A stretch of DNA of 64,000 bases from Lama glama (lineage: Eukaryota), in the NCBI GenBank assembly GCA_028534125.1, contig CM052816.1, positions 57,848,001 to 57,912,000 on the forward strand. The letters run 5' to 3'. A program made the translations under genes and the position numbers. This document shows positions 53,401 to 64,000 of this stretch, in pieces (position 1 is the first letter of the stretch; each line of letters begins with the position of its first letter). Below the pieces are notes generated by a model. It was not told where the DNA came from and made no database searches. It saw only the letters and a list, made by a program, of their open reading frames with translations.

Positions 53401-54949
53401 TTCAACGTACATTATTGGTATTTACACAGTCTTAACTGGCCTAGTCATTATTGCCAAATCATCAAACATCTACTGTTGTAGGACACAAAAAGATAGAGAA
53501 CTTGTCTCCTGCCTTTTAAGAGCTTAAAGTCTTAATAGGAAAATCATTGGAGTTAGAAATAGAAACTAGCTATGAATTTGGGTTATGTAACTAGAAGTAA
53601 ATCCAAACTTACCTTTTGCTATAAACAGAGAATTCTTAGGAGATTCAGTTTTTCCATGTGTTAGAGAATCAAAATGTTTAAAACACTGAGATGCTTTTCT
53701 TCTTTACTAAAAAAAAAAAATCTAAAGAAATCCAAATTACTGCTGAGCTTCTTTTCCATCAAAAATACCCCTAAAGAGATCCATAATCTCACACACAAAA
53801 ACACACAGAAATCTGCTCAACGCTGGCTTAACTCTTCCTGCTTTTATGTGGGTGTGCTTCGCCCCCTGGGCCGACATCTCTGCCTGCTCATTTCTTTTGT
53901 AGCCGACTTAATCCGGACAACTTCACTAAGCCTAGAATACTCCAGAAATTCTGATTTCTATTTCTTTGTTTTCCTCCTTTTTCTTTCGCACTTTCCTCTG
54001 TCTCAGAACTACTCAGATATACAGCCTACCCATGATTAATTAATATATGTGATTTTCCTGTCTTAGTCATCGTATTCATGATATTGCAGAAGTCATGTCT
54101 GAAGTTCTTAGCCAAAACTTTAGAAGACATCAGGAAATGTTAACGTCTTTTTAAAACCGGCTCATTTATTGCTCATAGATTTCCTACTGAAAGCCAAAAA
54201 TATTTCCCTTATCTCTGCCCAGACTTAGCCAGTTCCCACAACTTTATGTGCTTTTATAAATAGGAATGGTTCCAAGACCCAGTTTTTCTCAGCTTCCTGC
54301 TGTTCCCTCTTCCTTTAGCCTCACCTTGCCCTCCACTGTCTCTCAGCATAAAGCTAACCTGTGTGTCCAGCTTTCAAGTGGATAGAGAAGCCCCACCAGG
54401 CACTTTTGAGTGCAATTTCACTGACAGGTCAGTTGTTGGCCACAGAGAGGGACATTTTATACTTTTAGGACCATCGCAAGGAGGGCACCTCAGCAATCAC
54501 ACTGTAAATACTTCTGTCTTCTCCACTTCTTTCCACAACTAATCCTCCCCGACAAATGTAGACTTTGACATCTAACAAGTGCCTCTGTTACCCATCTTCA
54601 CTTCAAAAATGTGTTATTATGCTGCATTTATTTAGCACTTCCCATTTTCAAAATTCTGTGCCTGTGTTATTCTCTACTAGAAATCCACTTACTTATCGCC
54701 CTTTTTAGAATGGCAAACAGCGATACCAAATGTCTAATGACTGTATATAGGACTCAGAGAAAACTGCTTGTAAACTAGGTTTTAATTTTTTCAAATTCTC
54801 TTTTGGAAATTAGCAGAATATAAATTACAAACTAACATAAATGATAGTTTTATTACCTTATTTGCTTTTCCTATTATAAAATTAATTACTGGGGTTAGAA
54901 AGAGTCCTGAGGAGGTTATCTATATAAAATTTGCTTAAACTGACCAGCA

Positions 54950-55125
54950 AACCCTGGAGAGGCTGACTCCAAAGGAGGCATTATGGAAATTTTCAGGGTG
55001 ATAGAACTGTTCTTATAACTTGGTTGTGGTGGTGGTTACACAACTGGGTTCATTTGTCAAAACTCATGAACCTAGACACTGAAAATTGAATTTTACTGTT
55101 TATACATTGTATTTCTGTAAACTTT
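54950..55125 (+). mobile_element. Old LINE-1 (L1MC/MD/ME-like) 3' tip
   Basis: ggtgatagaactgttc...ttggttgtggtggtggttacac...catttgtcaaaactcatgaac. Confidence 0.7.
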
Positions 55126-58100
55126 TTTTTTTAAGCATTAGAAGTTAAAAAAAAAAAAAGACATTTTTGTCTGCCTCAGAGGTAGATAACGAATTCACTG
55201 GAAATGTACAAGCCCAAACCAGTTGAGCCTTTGCAAGGGGAATGTTTTGGATGGGATTCTTGCTGTAGTGCTTTACTTAGTGTACACTTGGGACATGTTG
55301 GTTAAAAGTTAAAATTACCTGAAGTTCCCCTTCAGGAAAAGTAAGAATAAAAGGAAGAATCTGGGCACTTGAGCAGGAAGGTGGTTTTAGTCTACAATAC
55401 TGATGTTTTTATTATCAATTCTTCTATTAGGCTCCTATATTAGCCCCCTTTTTAAAACACTAGACAAAGATATAATAGGCATTAGAAAATTATCTCATAA
55501 AAATATGGTATTATTTGTGGTAGTTGGGGGCAACTAGTAATTGATGAGAGCAGAATTTCCAGCAAGATGCAAAAGAAAATAATTATCCTTTTAGAATAAG
55601 AAAGTGATGGTGGTGATTAAATCAGATTCTGGTTTGAACAGCCACACGACACCCTCTTCTTTGGTTCTAGTTCAGGGAGGTGCTCAGACCTTCAGTAATT
55701 ACGCACTTTGCGTCGTTGATAAGATTCCCAGTCCCCACGGCAGCAGGCTTTGGAGCCAGCCGGCTGTATCTTCTTGGCCTGCTTCCTGTCTTCCCTTTAC
55801 CCTGGCCCCCTCCCCATCTCCATGCCTACCAGCTCAGAGGCTGAGGTTTCCATCTGGAGAGCCTGTTGCCACAGGCTACAGAATCCACTCGGGAGGAGGG
55901 AAAGCTGCGTGTGTATATTTGAGGATGGTGGCTCTCATAATCAGATAAATGTTGTGGAAAGCTTGCTCATTCATATGGAAGAGTGAGCGCTGAGCTCCAG
56001 GCCCTAGCATCTGCGCATTAGCCCTGCTCAGCCAGGAGCGCTTTCATTTGTGATACAGACAGGCTGAGGAGCATTGCCGCTTGTTGCCTTTAGCAGTAGC
56101 CTTTAGTTGAACCCATGGGAGAAAGGCTGTATCGCACTTTTTTTTTTTTAACGTAATGATGAAATTGGTCCCAAATAGGAAATCCCATGTGACTTCTACA
56201 CACAGTAAAGTACTTTCTATATAATCACAGTAAGTCTCTGGTGTTTTTCTTTTCACTCTTGACTTCCTTTATGTAACTGCTCTTCCATTCTGAGATATCT
56301 CAAAGGTATCAAAGATTTTGGCCCCATGTCATACATCCTGTGCTTCCGCTTTCCTTCCTTCCTGGTGACATCAGTCTTAAAGGAGTGATAGTGCTGGCAA
56401 ATGCCCTGAAGAGTCCTGACTATAGCCTGGTTTTCAAGGAAAGGAAGCTTCTCAGTTCTCAGGAAGCTGTTTGATTGGCCTGGGCGAGTTCTGCCTTCAC
56501 CTGGAAACTGCACTTTGCACTGTGGACAGAGAGAGATCTCTTCAACCATGGGATACCAGCTTTGGGAACCAGTAGAGGGAAGTCTGAAAGCACACTTCTT
56601 CATTCTCTCCTTTTCCTTCTTGTGCCCTTCTTCCTTCCAAGAAAGTACTCATGTCCTTAGAATCGTCGTAGGTTTGCTTCTTTTTTATAAGCGGAAAACT
56701 CGGAATGTCTCTCCCCTTGTTGGGGTTATTGGGGTTGCACTTGTTTATCTTTTCCACACTCACACAGTTTGCCTAGCTTTACAGCCTGCTGGCCTAGACA
56801 ATAATAAAGCTTCTGTCGAGGTGAGCAAACAGCTGATGGCATGGGGCACAGAGGGGACTCCTACAGTGGCTGCCTGTAATCTGCCAGGCTGGAGGTCAGA
56901 GCAGGCAAGAACAAAAGCCAGTCTGTCTGTAGGCAGATTGGAAAATCAGTGTGTTGTGTTCTTGTCTCCTTGCCTGTCTCTTGGCCGAAAGGGAGAATGC
57001 TGGTCCAGCAGTTCACAGAATCATTCTAGGCAAGTACCAATGCCAGAGACTTACCTGCCTGTCATATAACCACTGGCGGTTCTGAAAAGGCTCAAGTTTT
57101 TCGCTCCAAACTGCTTAAAAAGTGATTGGCAGAAAATTCTTAAACTCACCATCCAAAGTTGGACCCTACTATCTCAATGTTTTGAGTTGTTTATACTCTA
57201 GTTACTCACATAAGTTGTGTGCTTTTTTTTTTTTTTTTTAAAGCTGATGAGGGCTTAAAAAGGAGTTTATTTGCTGCCTGGCTAGGAAATACAGGAATCG
57301 TACTTTGAGCAGCTTATTTCATTATATATGTGTAAGTGTTTGCTTCTTATTCCTAAGTTTATTTAATGTTGTCACTTTGTTGAAAATGTCCTAGCCATGG
57401 TCGTGTATCATGGTTATTAGGTCTTACAGAGCAGAGATCACACCAAGTAACCCTGTTCCAGGATGGGAGAGGGAGTGTGTCTGTTGACAAACCTTTCAAA
57501 GGGCTATTGTGCAGAGATGATTATTAGTTGTGTGAAGTCTTGGGTAACTTTCCCTTAAGGCTTCTAAGAAATAAAGTGTGATAAGGAAAGAAGACTTTTC
57601 TGTTCTTCCATCAGTTAAAGTTAGCCTCGACAGGCTAGCAAATAGCTTTAAACAAATTTTCGTTTGAGCTTCAGAGGTCTGGAGGTAGATCCTATCAACC
57701 TTTTTATTCTTTTCCAAGCCTAAAATGGTCTGCTGATCATGAATAAGAGAGAAGGGTGTTTGGTGGGATATGATCATGGTGCTCTTACTCTGAAGTCCAT
57801 CAAAAAAAGTAATAACTTCAGTGGTCATTGGAGACATCCTAAAGCAGCAGATTAGATTTAAATGAGATTTAAATTATTTAAATCTTGGATAAAGGAGGTA
57901 ATTGACTTTTTTGTTCAGTTTTTCTTTGTTTGTTCATTTTTAAAGGAAAAATGGGCTAAGCCTACTATCAGAAACACATCTAGCATCTAGCAGCTTGCCC
58001 TTTGCATCTTTAGCATTTATCATGCCCCACTTTGTATTATTGTTAAACTTGTTTGTATACCTTGTTTTTATAATGAGATTGTAAGTGCCTCAAACAGGGA

Positions 58101-59972
58101 ATTTAAACCATTCTTCATATATACCATAGCAGTTAATAGCATGATTGGATCAGTACATTATGGCATTTAATACATGTATTGATTGAAGTTTTTTTTTTTA
58201 ACCAAAAACCTACCGTGGGCCATGAATTGTGTCAGTGTTGAGCAGGTCAGTCACTGCTGCTGCTTACTACCAGGGAGCTTACAGGCCAGAAAGTAAGCAT
58301 CATTTAGGCAATTTACCTGGTATTTCACTTGACTTTTTTTGTTTTAATGAAACTAGCTTTAAATCTCAGATTTTTCAGAGTAACGAGGAGAAAAGCTCAA
58401 GTAGCTCAACTATTGATTTTAAAATGTGACAGAAAGCATGAAATACTAAAAGATATATTTTATTTCATTTCTATTCAGAGAATCTCATTAGACCTAGTAT
58501 CTAGGACACCTATATGATGCCTTTCTCTTGCCAGGTCACTCTCATCCTGAACATAATTTGACATATTTTTATCTTCTGTTTTTAAAGGGGTTAATTCTGT
58601 GGAGAAAGAGTAAAAGAGACATTTTCCACCAAATCTAAAGTATTTGAAAGTCTGGACAGGGCTAGGTGATTCTAGATCCATAAAACATCTTCAGATTTTA
58701 TTTTAGCCAAGTCTCTCACCAGATCACTAATAAATAGCCTAAATTAAATACTACATCTCGCTTGCTTTCTTTTTCTCAACTTTTACTTTGGCAGAAAACC
58801 TGTTCAGCAGGAACCTTCCTAATAGCAGATGGCAGGAAACAGCAGGTGGCAGATTGAATAACCAGCCTCTGAAAAACACAAGTATTAGCCTGTAGCCCCA
58901 ACTCTCAAATGTGGCACAACATCCTTTCACTTTAAGTTTTTTGTCTTCTTGCCTTTATGTTTTTGAGAAAACTGTTTGATTTCTGTGGGGCCCAGAGATT
59001 AACCTGCTTCCTGAATAGTCAAAGGAAACATGGGGTCTTTAGCTGACATGGCATGCTGTTTGAAAATCTCTTCTGGTCAAAACAGATAAACAAATAGAGG
59101 ACTGCAGAACCCTTTATAGTCTCCTCACTTCCCGCCTCCCCTCTCACTCAGCCTTGCAGCACAGACCCCCAGGTGCAAGAGAGTCTGCTCCAACCCTGGT
59201 GTCATCAGTGAATGCCAACTCAAGGCAGGAGCAGCTTTGAATTCCTTTCCAAGTTCCGTTCCTTTGGAGGGAATGCTGGCACACCTCAGCTGGGACCACT
59301 TAAGTCTTTTAAACCCATGTGAGAAGCAGTAGGAAGCAAGAGAAGATAGACTAAAGGGCTTCAATGAAGCTGTGAGAAAGCCAGCGTGGTGGTCATGGAT
59401 CCTTGAGGACCCGAATGCTAAATTTTGTTCTTTTTTTTTTTCTTTCATGTTTTCTTTCAATTCAGTGAAAAATGTCCCAGTCTCTCTTAAGTGCCACAAA
59501 AAATATCAATGTAACTCAAAGCTGATTTTCCTCTAGAATTTCTGTGCTGTTCTGTTTTTCATTTTTGCTTTGTCTCTTTTGTTTTAAACTTCTGAACTCA
59601 GTTTCAGCTCCACATCTCTCTTCTAATGAAAAGTGTATTCATGTAATACCGTAGTAACTAGAGCATTTCCCCGAAATCATTTTTCATAAATCATATTAAA
59701 ACAAGATATTGAATTAGGGGGTATTAAATAAGGAATAAAATTTTTAGATTTTTGTCAATTGTTATTATTTTATCTTCTCTTTGGCATTTCAGACTTTATA
59801 GTTAATGAGTTTTATCCACAAGTTTTTAATCAACTGTTGACCTTTGTGACTTTCATGATCACATTGACTGCACATCTGTAAATATATAAGAGAAGGACCT
59901 GCTGATGGAAGATGGGTTTTGGCATTGACATTTAAGAGTTAACACCAGTTTTCTCTCTCGTGCTTTATTTAG

Positions 59973-60087
59973 ATTCCGACACAGCCCTAACTGCCAGTAC
60001 CTGAGAGATTGGACTATACACACCTGGATTAGGCAGTGTCTAAAATACGGTGCACAAGACAAAGCCTTATATACCGTTGTAAATAAG
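59973..60087 (+). CDS. MRPS27: mS27 coding exon 5 (115 bp)
   Basis: ctttatttag| acceptor, |gtgagt donor; (K)[38 protein letters not shown]; completes the AA|A Lys codon from exon 4. Confidence 0.97.
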
Positions 60088-61271
60088 GTGAGTGGTTTCC
60101 TGGCACTTGCAGCTTATTCTCCTGAGTTTAGGTGACATAGTGTTTATATCATTACAGTATAGCAGAGAATAGTACAAAAAATACCTTAAATTTTTTTGCC
60201 CTTAGATATCCTTTTTAGAATGGAGCTGAATATAAATGAATCAGTACATAAACAAAAATTCCTGTAGCTGCTGCTTTTCCAAGCATAATGACTTAAAAAT
60301 GGACAGGTAAAAGCCAAAAGTGATTCAATCACAAAACTCTACTGGTGGTCATTTCATTCTTGATCTCTAAGTCTTGAATTGTTTGCCTAGTTCCCTTTGA
60401 TGAAGTTTAGGGGAAAACACATGACCATTTTGCTGGCATGTGATCTCCAGAGTATTCTGATCATCTCACACATTTGTAAAAGACAATTTGTAGATTATTG
60501 AAAACATGTCTTCCTAAGTCCCTGACTCTGCCCTTTAAGCCTCAGCTCCCCAGCCTACCACTGTTAGGGTCTTTCTGAATGTTACTCCACCCAAGCGTTG
60601 AGTCTTCATTCCCTTCGTAGTATGAAATAAATACAAAATAAGCAAAAGTTTAGAATGTTATTACTGTGAGTCTGAAGCTACAATCCTAGTTTGAGCCTTA
60701 GCAAGACTTTAACAATATTTCTATGGAATTGTATTATTTCTATAGTGTCACTGGACCTTGTATGTTAGAACTCAAAAAGAAATACTGATTTTGTTTTGGG
60801 GAGTTTTTGGTCCTGTGGCCCAATTTAACATTAGGTTCCATTGCAAACAGTTTATGTATGAGACGTTGCCTTGGGTATGGCATTGTCCACAAAAATGAGC
60901 AGTAGCCTATCCTTGCCCTCAGGAAGCTTACAGTTTAATAAGGCAGATAAGCAGGTTCACTGATAAATCTAATATTAGGCCCCAAGGGAAGGAAGATTAA
61001 ATTCTGCTCGTCAGTTCAGAGTTTAATGATCCAGATTATACCCAAAGAAGAAGATTCCTGTGAAAACAAAACAAGAAGGGTCTAGGAAGGCAAAAAAATC
61101 TCATTTTTTGCTGTGCCTAGTCTTAGTGGAAAGAACACCAGACAAGGAGTCAAGAAAACCCAGGCTATAACCCCATAAATTTCTACCATTTGCCCGTAAC
61201 TTCAGGCAAATAGTAACTTTATCCTTCTAGATCTTAGTTTTTCCAAGTCTGAGTCAAGCAAGTTGTACTAA

Positions 61272-61830
61272 TCAGTGATTTCCAACCTAGCTGCCCATTA
61301 GAATCACACAAGGAGCTTTTAAAAATTACAGATACTTTTCTCCACCCTCAAGATTCTAATTTAATTGCTCTTCCTGGAGCCCAGGCAATAGTATTTTTTA
61401 AGTGGTTTTCTAAATTTTTTTTAACAAATCGATTTTGTTTTTTAGAGCAATTTCAGGTTTACAGCAAAACTGAGCAGAAGGTACTGAGATTTCCCATATG
61501 CCCAGTCCCCAAACCTGCACAGCTCCCCGTACCACCCCTACCCCCCCGCCATTATCAGCATTCCACGTCAGAGTGAGCCATTTGTTACAACTGATAAACC
61601 TACATTGACATACGATCACCCAACGTCCATAGTTTACATTAAGGTTCACTCTTGATGTTCATTGTGTGGGCTTGCACAATGTATTATGCCATGTATGTTC
61701 CTTTATAGTGTCATACAGGCTAGTTTCACTGCCCTGTGCTCTGTTCTCTGCCTATTCATACCTCAGTGGTGTCTTTTTAAATCTCCCTAGTTGCTTCTAA
61801 TTTGCAGCCAGTGTTGAGAATCTCTGGCCA
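61272..61830. mobile_element. MER5-type element interrupted by an antisense L1MA-type 3' fragment (about 61412-61764)
   Basis: cagtgatttccaacctagctgcccattagaatcac...; L1 ttagagcaatttcaggtttacagcaaaactgagcagaaggtac; MER5 resumes with ttctaatttgcagccagtgttgagaatc. Confidence 0.75.
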
Positions 61831-62299
61831 GTTGATTTCTAAGGTTCCTTCCAGCTTTAATAATTTATCATTCTGAAGTATTTTGTTTTTACCCTGCCTT
61901 AAGGATTTGTGCAGATTTGGATGACTGCTTTGATAAATTTAAACACTACCCGTGAGCTATAACCTTTAAAACAATGGCTTCTAAACTTTTTTTCCATTTC
62001 ATCATATCTGAGTCATTCTGTACAGCCTACTAGTAACAGTGACCCAGTTCAGCAGTGATTTGCAGCTGGGGTTTAGGATTATTATCAGAATTTCTCAAAG
62101 GGATGAGTATAACTAGACATAATTTCTCCAATGTTTCTGGTAGTTGATTGGTTAGGGGATGGGAATAATCCTACTGAAGTAAGAATTTAAAACAAACATG
62201 TAACTACAGTCTAGATCATCAGTAGTCAAACTTGATTGTGCATGAAAACCACATGGGAAGCCACCAAAACTTCAGGCTTCTTGATCTTTAAAAACCAGT

Positions 62300-63080
62300 T
62301 GAAGAGACGAGATAACAAGATCTGGTGAGAATGTGGCAAAAAGGGATCCCTTATGCACTGTTAGTGGGAATGTAAACTGGTGCAGCCACTATGGGAAACA
62401 GTATGGAGAGTCCTCAAGATGGGTATATATCCAAAGGAAATGAAATCACTGTCTCACTGTATCTGTATCTCTGTGTTCATTATTTGTAGCAGTATTGACA
62501 GTAGCCAAGCCATGGAAACAACCTGTGTCCATTTACTGATGAATGAATAAAGAAAATGGAGGGAGGGGTGTATGTATATACATACAATGGAATATTTAGC
62601 CATAAAAAAAGGAGATCCTGCCATTTGAGACCACATGGATCAACCTCAAGGGCATTTTGCTAAGTAACATAAGTCAAAGAAAGACAAATACCTCATGATC
62701 TCACTTACATGTAAAATCTGAAAGGGCTGAACTTGCAGAAACGGTGTAGGATAGTGGATGCCAGGGGCTGGGGAGTGGGAGAAATGGGGAGATGTTGTTG
62801 GTCAAAGGATACAGTTATAAGAGGAGTAAGTTCTGCAGATCTAATGTACAGCATGATGACTGTAGTTAAATACTGTATTGTATACTTGAAAGTTGCTAAG
62901 AGAGTAGATCTTAAATGTTCTCACCACCATCACAACCAAGAAATGGTAATTAGGTGAGATGATGGATGTATTAACTAACCTTAGTGTAGTAATCATTTCA
63001 CAGTATTTATGTGTTAAATCATCATGTTATGCACCTTAAAGTTATATGTTACATGTCAATTGTATCTTAATAAAGTTGAG
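62300..63080 (+). mobile_element. L1MA-type LINE-1 3' end
   Basis: cactgttagtgggaatgtaaactggtgcagccactatgg...gttgctaagagagtagatcttaaatgttctcacca...cttaataaag. Confidence 0.9.
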
Positions 63081-63482
63081 GGGGGAAAGCAGTCTAAGGA
63101 CCAGGAAATGAGCATAATGTGATAATGTCTGCTTTCTCATGGAAATCCATTTTTACATTGAGAATCACACCTTATGAAAAGAATCACTGAACCAGTAGAG
63201 TATGGTGGTTTCTTATTGTTGTTTTGGTTTGGTTTGGGTTTTTTTTTTTTATAGCTGTGATGAGGTGTTAGAATTGAGCTTTATTTTTCACAGATCAATT
63301 GTCTTATGTGAGACACACACTCACAACTTTCTCACCCTGACCAACAGTTCCAGTTACCAAACTGCGTGAGTCACAGCTTCTATTTCACTGTCACAGATGT
63401 GGTAAAATGATAGTCAGGTATTTTAAAGCTAATGGTGGCAAGTTTTGTCCTGAATAGTACATAAGCGTGTATTATAAACTGA

Positions 63483-63725
<243 letters not shown>

Positions 63726-64000
63726 TAGATGCATAGTTGATTTACCAGACCAGTTGGCCAGAGAGGAGAATCATATCCAGGTTGTTTTTCTTCTGAGTTT
63801 TTCAAGTTTATTTGTTCATGTCTCTGTAGGCAAAGGATAGTGACTTTAGTTAAGTAATAAACCCTGCCTGAGCTTTCATGGCTACTTAAGATTATATTAA
63901 TTCAATTAGTAGCTTGACTTTTTTTTTTAGCACCATTTGCTGACTTTGCTTTATTTAAATCCCAGGTGTTGTAGTATATGAGGTGTTTAACTATAAAATC

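Larger units (their letters stand above)
15820..59972 (+). other. MRPS27: MRPS27 intron 4 (about 44 kb as assembled, includes two gaps)
   Basis: GT at 15820, AG at 59971-59972; flanking exons join in frame (YLYK-FRHSP). Confidence 0.93.

Noticed and set aside
53858..53875. CTCF-like cgccccctgg
   Set aside because: Lacks the upstream CC positions of the core motif; weak match
56180..56229. Possible cassette exon (aaatag acceptor, ca|gtaagt donor) in intron 4
   Set aside because: Weak polypyrimidine tract, 50 nt not frame-preserving, no supporting evidence
56515..57069. 184-aa ORF
   Set aside because: No recognisable homology or splice context; non-ATG start; likely chance ORF

Overview
Mammalian genomic DNA, probably camelid judging from the young LINE-1 3' ends and the apparent lack of Alu, B1, Bov-tA, PRE1 or SINEC SINEs. 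The window lies inside the MRPS27 gene (mitochondrial ribosomal protein mS27, + strand). Five internal coding exons (human exons 2-6) are readable with canonical GT-AG boundaries and consistent phases: 4332-4409, 13685-13755, 15761-15819, 59973-60087, 63519-63597. The rest is intron filled with old repeats (L1M, L2, MIR, MLT, MER/Tigger/Charlie), a few young L1 fragments and two 500-N gaps. Most ORFs in the supplied track are spurious. The most notable structure is the 15.5 kb block between the gaps (31115-46578), which appears to be in the wrong orientation: a 17-bp L1 target-site duplication is split between 31647-31663 (+) and 47411-47427 (-). I found no convincing novel biological system. 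Other points are a CCAAT/GC-box-rich intronic patch, an apparent W-to-Q change in mS27 and small tandem duplications. Repeat family names are from memory of consensus sequences and boundaries of old repeats are approximate.
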